From Alcaligenaceae bacterium (lineage in GTDB: Bacteria; Pseudomonadota; Gammaproteobacteria; Burkholderiales; Burkholderiaceae_B): a stretch of DNA of 64,000 nucleotides. Below, piece after piece: positions 27,531 to 35,924 of the stretch. The position numbers and the translations under genes were made by a program. Numbering within the stretch: position 1 is the stretch's first letter; the number at the start of each line of letters is the position of its first letter. Under the pieces are notes generated by a model. It ran no database searches and was not told where the DNA came from. It saw only the letters and a list, made by a program, of their open reading frames with translations. The stretch is taken from NCBI GenBank assembly GCA_947378965.1, contig CANCMG010000002.1, forward strand, positions 5,938 through 69,937, written 5' to 3'.

Positions 27531-28259
27531 ATGGAACTCTTTTCCTCCACCTGGTGGTCGGCTCTGCTCGCCATTATTCTGATTGACCTTGTACTCGCGG
27601 GCGACAACGCAATTGTGATTGCGCTGGCTGCTCGTAAACTTCCTCCTGCTCTACAAAAGAAAGCCATCTGGTTTGGAACCGTTGGAGCCATTGCCGTGCG
27701 CTCTGCTTTGACGGTTGTGGTTGTCTGGCTGCTCAAAATCCCTGGCCTCATGCTTCTTGGCGGTCTCGGGCTTCTTTGGATTGCCTGCAAATTGATTCTC
27801 GATACCGGAGAAGACAAAGAGCACGACATTCGCGTCACCTCGTTTTGGGGTGCAATGAAAACCATCATCGTGGCCGATGCCTTAATGGGCATTGACAACG
27901 TTCTTGGGGTCGCAGGCGCCGCGCAAGGCTCGTTTGATCTGGTTGTGATCGGTTTGCTCATCAGCGTTCCAATCGTTGTGTTTGGCAGCACGCTCGTACT
28001 GAAACTGGTTGAGCGTTGGCCCGTCATCATCAATATCGGCGCTGCGGTTCTCGCCTTCACAGCAGCCAAAATGATCACCGACGAGGCACTACTCGACCCG
28101 ATCTTTGACGGCACTGCACGCGTTAACGAGATCGCGCGTTGGGCCACCTATATCGTCGCCATCGCACTGGTGTTCATCACAAGCAAGTATGCAGCGCGTA
28201 AAACAAGCAGCAACAGCAACCCCCTCTCTTCAACAAAACTTGTCAATCACAAATCTTAG
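27531..28259 (+). CDS. TerC/YjbE-family integral membrane protein (putative Mn2+ exporter type)
   Basis: 242 aa with the paired motifs LAGDNAIVIALAA and GIDNVLGVAGAA typical of the TerC family. The 270-aa minus-strand ORF 27335..28147 is its shadow. Confidence 0.85.
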   Translation: MELFSSTWWSALLAIILIDLVLAGDNAIVIALAARKLPPALQKKAIWFGTVGAIAVRSALTVVVVWLLKIPGLMLLGGLGLLWIACKLILDTGEDKEHDIRVTSFWGAMKTIIVADALMGIDNVLGVAGAAQGSFDLVVIGLLISVPIVVFGSTLVLKLVERWPVIINIGAAVLAFTAAKMITDEALLDPIFDGTARVNEIARWATYIVAIALVFITSKYAARKTSSNSNPLSSTKLVNHKS

Positions 28260-28270
28260 GAGGCTGTCAC

Positions 28271-28714
28271 ATGGAAACCCTTATCGTTTACATCAATGAT
28301 TCTGAATATGCACGCAACCAACTAGCTACGATGATTGATTCGCGTCAGCCAACAAAGTGCGTGCTGGTGGGCTGCCCACCCAAGCTAAATCGCCACATTT
28401 CAAGATGGATCTCTGGCGGTGCTCGTAAAAAATGGCAGACGCAGTGGGCCGATAACACGTGCACCGAAATCTCCAAGGCGTTCATCCCCGAAGGCCATCA
28501 GTTCGTGAATCGTGTCGCCTTTGGCCCCTTGATCAATGTCACGAAACAGCTTCAAGGTGAATTTTTTGGGGCACGCGTGCTTGATGCTCGCAGACCAAAA
28601 CTGGCACATACCCCAGAACCTTTGGTCGAAGGACAACAAGCGCAGCCCGATATGGCGACAAAGGTGATGGGAGTCGCAGCCACCACAGCGATTTTGGCTT
28701 TGGCAGCCGATTAA
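28271..28714 (+). CDS. hypothetical protein (147 aa), co-transcribed with the TerC-family gene
   Basis: It starts 11 nt after the terC-like stop, behind the RBS TAGGAGG. I recognise no family. It has a hydrophobic C-terminal segment VMGVAATTAILALAA. Confidence 0.6.
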   Translation: METLIVYINDSEYARNQLATMIDSRQPTKCVLVGCPPKLNRHISRWISGGARKKWQTQWADNTCTEISKAFIPEGHQFVNRVAFGPLINVTKQLQGEFFGARVLDARRPKLAHTPEPLVEGQQAQPDMATKVMGVAATTAILALAAD

Positions 28715-28788
28715 CGTTTTTTTAGTCTTCACGAATCCCCCTTCGCGCTCGCGAAGGTAAGGATTCGAATTTCCATATATGATTGACA

Positions 28789-28829
28789 GGCTCAGGCTCT
28801 CTTTTGAGGGACTGAGCCTTTTGGTTTCT
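28789..28829 (+). terminator. rho-independent terminator after the riboswitch-controlled unit
   Basis: Stem GGCTCAGGCTCTC / GAGGGACTGAGCC with a TTTT loop, followed by TTTTGGTTTCTT. Confidence 0.7.
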
Positions 28830-28958
28830 TCGCTCTGAGCCGAGAGGTGAGTTCGCTCTAAGTTTTTTTATGTTCGCCCAGATTTTTGACCGACCGCACT
28901 GTGTAGTCGGTCTGCTGTGTCTAGCCACGAGCTTTGCGGCGGGATGCCCACCTGATAA

Positions 28959-30134
28959 ATGATAACAATGACAGAGACAACGCAATCCTCAACCCCCTCA
29001 GTCGGCCCTTTTGCCGGCCTCACCGTCATCGAACTCGGTCACAGTGTCGCAGCACCCTTTGCCGGGCAAATCCTCAGTGAACTAGGGGCTCGGGTCATCA
29101 AGATTGAAAAAGCCGACGGCGATGACGCGCGTCGCTGGGGCCCTCCTTTCTGGGAAGGTGCCTCGGCTTTTTTTCAGTCGTTGAACCGCAACAAGCAATC
29201 CGTGGTCTGCGAACTACGCGACCCCGAACAAATCACTGCGCTCAAAGACTTTATTTGTAGCGAAGCAGATATCGTTATCCAAAATCTGCGCCCTGGTCAC
29301 GTCGAACAGCTGGGGCTCGACGGTAAAAGTTTGCTTGCCCGCCAACCACGTCTGATTTATTGCAGCCTAGGGGCCTTTGGTCGCGAAGGCCCGCTCAAAA
29401 CCCGCCCCGGGTACGACCCGCTCATGCAAGCATTTGGCGGCATCATGAGCACGACTGGCGAACCCGGACGGCCAGCAGTGCGGGTGGGCGCCTCGATTGT
29501 CGACATGGGTACTGGCATGTGGGGCATCATTGGTATTCTGACAGCGCTCTATGAGCGTCAAGTATCAGGAGTCGGTCGCATCATTGATGTCTCTCTCTTT
29601 GAAACCGCCACGAGCTGGGTGTCTTTACTGGCATCGCAATATTTGGCGTCGGGCCAATTAGCGGGCAAGCAAGGCTCTGGTGCACCAGGCATCGTGCCCT
29701 ACAAGGGTTACCTCACCAGCGACGGCGAGATCGTGATCGCAGCAGGCAGCGACAGCCTATTTAAATCGCTAGCAAAAGTCTTGGGTCGTCCCGAGTGGCT
29801 TGAAGACCCTCGCTTTGTCGACAACCCCAAACGAGTCGACAATCAGACTGAACTCTATGGGATGATCGAAGCGATTGTGGCCACGCAAACGACGGCACAT
29901 TGGACTGCCCTGCTAGAAGCTGCCGGGGTGCCCTGCGCGCCGGTCAATGACTTGGCTCAAATGCTTGCCCATCCGCAAACCGAAGCGCTTGGCTTGGTGC
30001 AAGACGTTCCTGGCACTGGCATGCGGTTTCTGGGTCTGCCAATCAGTTTCGATGGCGTACGCCCCAAACCACTTGCACCACCGCCAAAACTTGGTGAACA
30101 TACAGAACTGCTATTAAAAAGGAAAACCCCATGA
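28959..30134 (+). CDS. family III CoA-transferase (CaiB/BaiF)
   Basis: 391 aa with GPFAGLTVIELGHSVAAPFAGQILSELGARVIKIE. The exact start (M1 or M4) is uncertain. Confidence 0.85.
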   Translation: MITMTETTQSSTPSVGPFAGLTVIELGHSVAAPFAGQILSELGARVIKIEKADGDDARRWGPPFWEGASAFFQSLNRNKQSVVCELRDPEQITALKDFICSEADIVIQNLRPGHVEQLGLDGKSLLARQPRLIYCSLGAFGREGPLKTRPGYDPLMQAFGGIMSTTGEPGRPAVRVGASIVDMGTGMWGIIGILTALYERQVSGVGRIIDVSLFETATSWVSLLASQYLASGQLAGKQGSGAPGIVPYKGYLTSDGEIVIAAGSDSLFKSLAKVLGRPEWLEDPRFVDNPKRVDNQTELYGMIEAIVATQTTAHWTALLEAAGVPCAPVNDLAQMLAHPQTEALGLVQDVPGTGMRFLGLPISFDGVRPKPLAPPPKLGEHTELLLKRKTP

Positions 30135-30931
30135 CCGCCTTACCAAGCTACGAGACAATTGCCACCGAAATCATTGGCACGCATGTCTTGAAAGTCACGA
30201 TCAATCGCCCCCAAGTCGGTAATGCCGTCAATACCCAGATGGGTCACGACATGCTTGATCTCTGGAACCGTCTCACGGCTGATGCCGGCGATATTCGCTG
30301 CGTGGTGCTCACCGGTGCTGGCGAAAAAATATTTTGCGCCGGTGGCGATCTGAAAGAGCGCAACGGCATGACAAAAAAGCAATGGACATTGCAACACGAA
30401 CTGTTCGAGCGCATGTACTGGACTTTAGTCGACTTGCCCGTGCCCGTGATCGCAGCGGTCAACGGACACGCCTACGCGGGCGGGCTTGAAATGGCCTTGT
30501 CGTGTGACTTTATTTATGCAAGCAACGCTGCGCGTTTTGCGTTAACCGAAGTCACGTTAGGCATCATGCCTGGCGCTGGTGGTACGCAAAATCTGCCACG
30601 CGCAATTGGTGAGCGCCGTGCGAAAGAAATTTTGATGACGGGCAAGCCGTTTAACGCGCAGCAGGCAAACGAATATGGCTTGGTCAACGCCGTACTTGAG
30701 CCGGCTGACGTCTTGCCTCGTGCTCTAGAAACAGCCGAAGCCATTGCCAGTAACGCGCCGCTGTCGGTTCGTCAAATCAAAAAATCAGTGCGTTTTGGCG
30801 GCCAAATGGAACTACGCACCGCCTTCAGATTTGAGATTGAAGCCTACAACCATTTGATTGGCACTGAAGATCGCATGGAAGGCATCGCAGCCTTTAATGA
30901 AAAGCGTAAAGCGAATTTTAAAGGATGTTAA
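30131..30931 (+). CDS. enoyl-CoA hydratase/isomerase (crotonase) family protein
   Basis: 266 aa with FCAGGDLKE and AAVNGHAYAGGLEMALSCDF oxyanion-hole segments. The start overlaps the upstream stop (ATGA). Confidence 0.85.
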   Translation: MTALPSYETIATEIIGTHVLKVTINRPQVGNAVNTQMGHDMLDLWNRLTADAGDIRCVVLTGAGEKIFCAGGDLKERNGMTKKQWTLQHELFERMYWTLVDLPVPVIAAVNGHAYAGGLEMALSCDFIYASNAARFALTEVTLGIMPGAGGTQNLPRAIGERRAKEILMTGKPFNAQQANEYGLVNAVLEPADVLPRALETAEAIASNAPLSVRQIKKSVRFGGQMELRTAFRFEIEAYNHLIGTEDRMEGIAAFNEKRKANFKGC

Positions 30932-31116
30932 GTGAAAGCCGCGCTGCGCAGTCAGAGCAACGCCCAAGCACGCGTCGCAGACCGGCTTCGCCGCGCACAA
31001 AGTCAGGCACAGTCAATGACGTGCAACATAGCGACCACAACATCACATCACCACGACATCACGACTAATACGCCTCACAATTCAACAAATAATAATTTTG
31101 ATACGGAGCACCTAAC

Positions 31117-32301
31117 ATGACTCAAACAACCCACTCACTGACAATCGACACCGGTTTAGATTACCCAGAAATTCGCGAAGGCGTTAAACGCGTTTGTGCG
31201 GATTTTCCTGGATCATACTGGCGCGGACTCGAAGAAAAACTTGCTTATCCCACAGAATTTGTCCAGGCACTCACCGCCTCGGGTTATTTAGGGGCTCTGA
31301 TCCCTGAAGAGTACGGCGGCAGCGGCATGCCATTGCGTGCGGCAATGGTGATTCTAGAAACGATCCATGAATCAGGCTGTAATGCAGGCGCCTGTCATGC
31401 GCAGATGTACACCATGGGCACCGTGATGCGTCACGGCAGCGAAGCGCAAAAGAAAAAATATCTGCCCGACATTGCCGCTGGCAAAGTACGTTTACAGGCC
31501 TTTGGCGTCACTGAACCCACCACCGGCACTGACACCACCAAGCTTAAGACTCGCGCCGAACGTCAAGGCGATCACTATGTGATCAATGGTCAAAAGGTCT
31601 GGACCTCGCGTGCGTTGCACTCTGACTTGATGCTGCTGTTAGCGCGTACCACCCCCGTTGATCAATGCAAAAAGAAAAGCGATGGTCTGTCAGTCTTTTT
31701 GTTAGACATTCGCGATGGTCTGGGCAAAGGTCTTGAGATTCGCCCGCTTAAGGCGATGATCAACCATCACGCCACCGAAGTCTTTTTTGATAATTTGAAG
31801 ATACCGGCTGACAACCTGATTGGTGAAGAAGGCAAAGGCTTTAAATATATTCTTGATGGCATGAATGCCGAACGTATTTTGGTGTCTGCTGAAGCGATTG
31901 GCGATGCGCGCTGGTTTACCAAAACAGCCGTGGCTTACGTCAACGAGCGTCGTGTCTTTGATCGCCCAATTGGTCAAAATCAGGCCGTACAGTTTCCGAT
32001 TGCGCGCGCACATGCCGAAACGGATGCCGCTGATTTGGTGTTGCGTCGCGCAGCCGCCCTCTTTGATGCAGGCCTACCCTGCGGCGACGACGCCAACATG
32101 GGTAAGCTGCTCGCCTCGGATGCCACTTGGCACGCGGCAGAAGCCTGCTTGCAATGCCATGGCGGTTTTGGTTATGCCAAAGAGTACGATGTCGAACGTA
32201 AATGGCGTGAAACACGTCTGTTCCAGATTGCCCCGATTTCGACCAACTTAGTGCTCTCGTACATCGGTGAGCACATGCTGGGTATGCCTCGTTCGTTTTA
32301 A
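31117..32301 (+). CDS. acyl-CoA dehydrogenase family protein
   Basis: 394 aa with AFGVTEPTTGTDT, INGQKVWTS and QCHGGFGYAKEYDVERKWRETRL. Confidence 0.85.
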   Translation: MTQTTHSLTIDTGLDYPEIREGVKRVCADFPGSYWRGLEEKLAYPTEFVQALTASGYLGALIPEEYGGSGMPLRAAMVILETIHESGCNAGACHAQMYTMGTVMRHGSEAQKKKYLPDIAAGKVRLQAFGVTEPTTGTDTTKLKTRAERQGDHYVINGQKVWTSRALHSDLMLLLARTTPVDQCKKKSDGLSVFLLDIRDGLGKGLEIRPLKAMINHHATEVFFDNLKIPADNLIGEEGKGFKYILDGMNAERILVSAEAIGDARWFTKTAVAYVNERRVFDRPIGQNQAVQFPIARAHAETDAADLVLRRAAALFDAGLPCGDDANMGKLLASDATWHAAEACLQCHGGFGYAKEYDVERKWRETRLFQIAPISTNLVLSYIGEHMLGMPRSF

Positions 32302-32327
32302 ATAATAATCACCAAAAAGAGACAAAC

Positions 32328-33695
32328 ATGACTGGATTAACCCAAGCCCTCGCCGCCTTTGTATCAAAACCCACGTTTGGCAACAATGAACAAGCTGCAC
32401 TCGCCGTTGCTAAAACTGGCTTCATGGACACCATCGCCACCATGATGGCCGGCCACAACGAGCCGGTCGTCAACATCGTGCGTCAATTTTTTGCCAATGC
32501 GACAACACCCGCTGAAGCACCTGTCCCTTTTTTAGGGACAATGCATCCAGCGGCTCAGGCAGCGTTCATCACCGCGGTCGCTGGCCATGCACTTGACTAC
32601 GATGATGTCGCACTATCGGGCCATCCAAGTACCGCCTTGGTACCCGCCATTCTGGCTGAAGGCTATCTGCTCAACAGCTCAGGGCTCGACGCCTTACGCG
32701 CTTATGTCGTAGGCTACGAAGTCTGGGCCGAGCTCGTTAGCCGCGAGCCTGACCCGTATCACTTAAAAGGTTGGCATCCAACGGGCGTCTTTGGCGCAGT
32801 TGGCGCAGCCGCCGCAGTCGCCTATCTACGGCATTTAAATGAGACCGACACTCGCCAAGCTTTGGCGATTTCCGCCAGTCTGGCTAGCGGCCTCGTGGCC
32901 AACTTTGGCACGATGACAAAACCCTTTCACGCAGGACGTGCGGCCGCACATGGCATTGAGGCTGTTCGTTTGTCGATGCTTGGCATGACCTCGGCGCCCG
33001 ATGTCTTTGAACACCAAGCGGGCTATCTAACTGCACTATCCAAAGCTGGACGTGTGGATCGCGCGCGCCCTGCAGACACCTTGGGCAAAACCTTACGCAT
33101 TTTAGAGACCGGGTTGTCGATTAAGCGCTACCCCGTGTGCTACTCTTCGCACCGCACCATCGACGCCGTCATCAAAATTGTCGAAGCCGAAAATCTGCAG
33201 GCTAGTGACATCAAGAACGTCCATGTCATCACTGGTGTCGCCCAAGCTTCGATGCTGAGAAACCATCGCCCCGTCACGGGTCTCGAAGCGAAATTTAGCG
33301 GAGAGTTCGCGGTCGCCTCAGCAATCGTTGCCCGAGACGTCGGTTTGTCTCAGCTGACCGACGAATTTTCGACGCGTGCGGACGTCTCTGGGCTGTATAA
33401 CAAAGTCTCGATTGAATCCGTGGATACCGTTTGCCCACTTGACTCGGCCTTTGCGTTGACCGATCGTGTCACCATCGAAACAAATGATGGACGCAACTTC
33501 GATTCTGGAGAGATCCGGTTTCCGTTAGGTCATGCCTTGAACCCGATTGACGCGGCTGGTCTCAAGCGTAAGTTCATGGATTGTCTTGCAACCGGTACGG
33601 CTGCAAACAGTGCAATCAAAGGTGCAGATCCTGAACTATATGATCGTCTCGCAACCTTAGAGAGTCTTCCGAGTCTGCGACAGCTTTTTAAATAA
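32328..33695 (+). CDS. MmgE/PrpD family protein, copy 3
   Basis: 455 aa with FMDTIATMMAG, HALDYDDV and GWHPTGVFGAVGAA. Confidence 0.8.
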   Translation: MTGLTQALAAFVSKPTFGNNEQAALAVAKTGFMDTIATMMAGHNEPVVNIVRQFFANATTPAEAPVPFLGTMHPAAQAAFITAVAGHALDYDDVALSGHPSTALVPAILAEGYLLNSSGLDALRAYVVGYEVWAELVSREPDPYHLKGWHPTGVFGAVGAAAAVAYLRHLNETDTRQALAISASLASGLVANFGTMTKPFHAGRAAAHGIEAVRLSMLGMTSAPDVFEHQAGYLTALSKAGRVDRARPADTLGKTLRILETGLSIKRYPVCYSSHRTIDAVIKIVEAENLQASDIKNVHVITGVAQASMLRNHRPVTGLEAKFSGEFAVASAIVARDVGLSQLTDEFSTRADVSGLYNKVSIESVDTVCPLDSAFALTDRVTIETNDGRNFDSGEIRFPLGHALNPIDAAGLKRKFMDCLATGTAANSAIKGADPELYDRLATLESLPSLRQLFK

Positions 33696-33763
33696 TCGCC
33701 TTAGGCCGTTGCCTCGTCTCAGAGGTGGCGGCTCATGGCTGCACACAGGCCGCTTGCCCCAGT

Positions 33764-35296
33764 ATGAGTTACAGCGTTGTTTGGTTTAAACGTGATCTGC
33801 GGCTCGGTGACCACACCGCGCTGACCCAAGCGCTCTGTCAAGGCTCTGTGCTATGCCTGTACATCGTCGAGCCGTCTTTGTGGCGCAGCGCAGATGCTGC
33901 GACTCAACACTATCATTTTGTGCTCGAAAGCCTGCGTGATCTGTATCTTGAGCTCAAACGACGCGGCGGACGACTGCACGTGGTTTCAGGCGAAGCCGTC
34001 GAGGTACTCGAGAAGCTATACGCGCTCCAACCTTTTCATACTCTATATTCGCACCAAGAAACGGGTAACGCGCTGTCGTATTCACGCGATCGTGCCGTTG
34101 CGCGTTGGTGTCGCACCCACGCGATGCCTTGGCGACAAAGTCAGCAGATTGGAGTCACCCGCGGCTTGAAAAATCGCGACCTCTGGAAAGACCTTTGGGA
34201 TCAGCACGTCGAGCAACCTTGTCTGCCTACGCCAACCTCGATTGCTTGCGTTGCGCTGCCCTGGGCTGAGCCTGCGCTGCCCACCGCCGCAGCACTCGGC
34301 CTAGACAACACCGAGCCGGCGCAACGACAACGTGGCGGGCGCACCCTCGCCTTGCAAGTCTTGAATAGTTTTTTAAATGATCGAAGCCAACAATATCGAG
34401 GCGGAATTTCGTCGCCCCTGTCGGCACCCACTGCCTGTTCGCGTCTGTCAGCCTATCTAGCCTTTGGGTGTCTCAGCCTGCGGGAAATCGTGCAAGCTAC
34501 CACGCTGCAGCTCAAGGCACTGAGCCCAGCGCAAGCCTGGCATAAAAAGGGTTTAACGGCGTTTGTGAGCCGACTGTACTGGCATTGCCACTTTATTCAA
34601 AAACTTGAAAGTGAACCCGAGATTGAATTTGAAAACATGCACCGGGGCTACGATGGCTTGCGTGAAAACGACTGGAATCCCGCACACTTCGAGGCGCTCA
34701 AAGCAGGTCAAACGGGTTGGCCGATGGTCGATGCTTGCGTTGCGATGTTGCGCGAGACCGGCTGGTTAAATTTTAGAATGCGCGCGATGTTGGTGTCGAC
34801 TGCGGCCTATCCCCTTTGGTTAGACTGGCGCCCCGTTGGGCATTGGCTTGCACGGCAATTCTTGGATTACGAACCGGGCATTCACTGGAGCCAGTTACAA
34901 ATGCAATCTGGCACCACGGGGATCAATATCCCGCGCATCTATAACCCGATTAAACAGGCGCAAGATCACGACCCTAAAGGAGTATTTGTGAGGCGGTGGC
35001 TGCCCGCCATGCGACGTGTACCCGACACTTGGCTGCTTGAACCTTGGAAAATGCCCCACTCGCTGCAAGTGCAACACAACGTGTATGTGGGCACAGACCT
35101 GAGTGTGCCGATCGTTGAGCTTGAGGCGAGCACACGAGCTGCCAAACAAAAGCTCTATACCCTGAGGGCGCAGCCCCAAGTGCGCGCCACCAAGCGCGAG
35201 GTGGTGCAAAAGCACGGCTCACGCAAACGTTTGGCCACCGTCAAACAAAAAAACGTTTCAGCCCCCACAAGTCAACAGCAAACTCTAGACTTCTGA
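33764..35296 (+). CDS. cryptochrome/photolyase-family (CPF) protein, divergent subclass
   Basis: The ORF track starts at GTG 33725. I prefer ATG 33764 ([20 protein letters not shown], the canonical photolyase N-terminus). The FAD-domain segments [26 protein letters not shown] and [21 protein letters not shown]...RIYNPIKQ align with, but differ from, the E. coli Phr motifs TGYPIVDAAMRQL..GWMHNRLRM and DGDLAANNGGWQW. Confidence 0.8.
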   Translation: MSYSVVWFKRDLRLGDHTALTQALCQGSVLCLYIVEPSLWRSADAATQHYHFVLESLRDLYLELKRRGGRLHVVSGEAVEVLEKLYALQPFHTLYSHQETGNALSYSRDRAVARWCRTHAMPWRQSQQIGVTRGLKNRDLWKDLWDQHVEQPCLPTPTSIACVALPWAEPALPTAAALGLDNTEPAQRQRGGRTLALQVLNSFLNDRSQQYRGGISSPLSAPTACSRLSAYLAFGCLSLREIVQATTLQLKALSPAQAWHKKGLTAFVSRLYWHCHFIQKLESEPEIEFENMHRGYDGLRENDWNPAHFEALKAGQTGWPMVDACVAMLRETGWLNFRMRAMLVSTAAYPLWLDWRPVGHWLARQFLDYEPGIHWSQLQMQSGTTGINIPRIYNPIKQAQDHDPKGVFVRRWLPAMRRVPDTWLLEPWKMPHSLQVQHNVYVGTDLSVPIVELEASTRAAKQKLYTLRAQPQVRATKREVVQKHGSRKRLATVKQKNVSAPTSQQQTLDF

Positions 35297-35463
35297 TGTC
35301 AAACGACTCTTCGATGCGCGGCGTCAGCAAACACAATCTGCCCAGCAAAAATTGCTTAAGCTGTCTGCGGCCATTTACCTGGCGCAAAAAGTGGGAGCGC
35401 GACTGGGAGAACGTCAAGTATTGTTCTGAGCGCTGCCGGCGCACCGCGACCGAAAAAAAATAA
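35296..35463 (+). CDS. small Cys-rich protein, DUF2256-like (55 aa)
   Basis: Not in the ORF track because it is under 60 aa. My own translation gives [55 protein letters not shown], with a CxxC ... CxxxC pattern and the WRKKW motif I associate with DUF2256. The ATG overlaps the upstream stop by 1 nt, and its TAA overlaps the next ATG (TAATG). Confidence 0.75.
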   Translation: MSNDSSMRGVSKHNLPSKNCLSCLRPFTWRKKWERDWENVKYCSERCRRTATEKK

Positions 35464-35924
35464 TGACGAGCCTCTATTGGTTTCGTAACGATTTACGTCT
35501 GTATGATCAGCCGTCATTTAAAAACGCCTGCGCGCAAGCCACTCGGCTCTTGCCGGTCTTTATCCATGACAGCACTCATGTTGCACCGACCCGCTGGGGC
35601 TTTGAGCGCTTAGGGCCACACAGAAAGTACGCCCTGCGCTCGGCGCTACAAGCACTCAAAGTGCAACTGCGTCAACAACAGAGCGACTTACTAGAGTATG
35701 CGGGCGACCCGTGTCAAACGCTGATTGCACTGGCTAAACAGGTTGGTGCTAAGACAATCTTTTGCGAAGACATCGCTGCACCGGACGAGCAGCAGCAGGT
35801 GATCAGACTCAGGCAGGCAGGCAGGCTTGACCGTCAACGCCCTCTGGCACTCGAGTACGACAAGCTGAAACTTACCGAAAACAATGGGGCACGCTTTGAC
35901 GACCTTAAGACTGATCCTAGGTGA
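35463..35924 (+). pseudogene. Cry-DASH-like photolyase N-terminal (alpha/beta antenna) domain only; truncated remnant or stand-alone domain
   Basis: 153 aa. The first 120 or so residues (LYWFRNDLRLYDQPSF...LLPVFIHD...GPHRKYALRSALQALKVQL...GDPCQTLIALAKQVGAKTIFCEDIAAPDE) align with the N-terminal domain of Synechocystis Cry-DASH as I recall it. The roughly 300-aa FAD-binding domain is absent. The ORF ends 41 nt inside the next gene. Confidence 0.6.

Noticed and set aside
27335-28147. 270-aa minus-strand ORF
   Set aside because: It is a shadow of the TerC-family gene on the + strand. It is low-complexity (Ser/Thr/Ala/Arg-rich), has no RBS, and its 5' end would run through the riboswitch.
30932-31120. 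62-aa ORF in the crotonase / acyl-CoA dehydrogenase spacer
   Set aside because: It has a GTG start directly at the upstream stop, no RBS, and low-complexity His/Thr/Asn-rich sequence. It is probably non-coding spacer, although the 185-bp gap itself remains unexplained.
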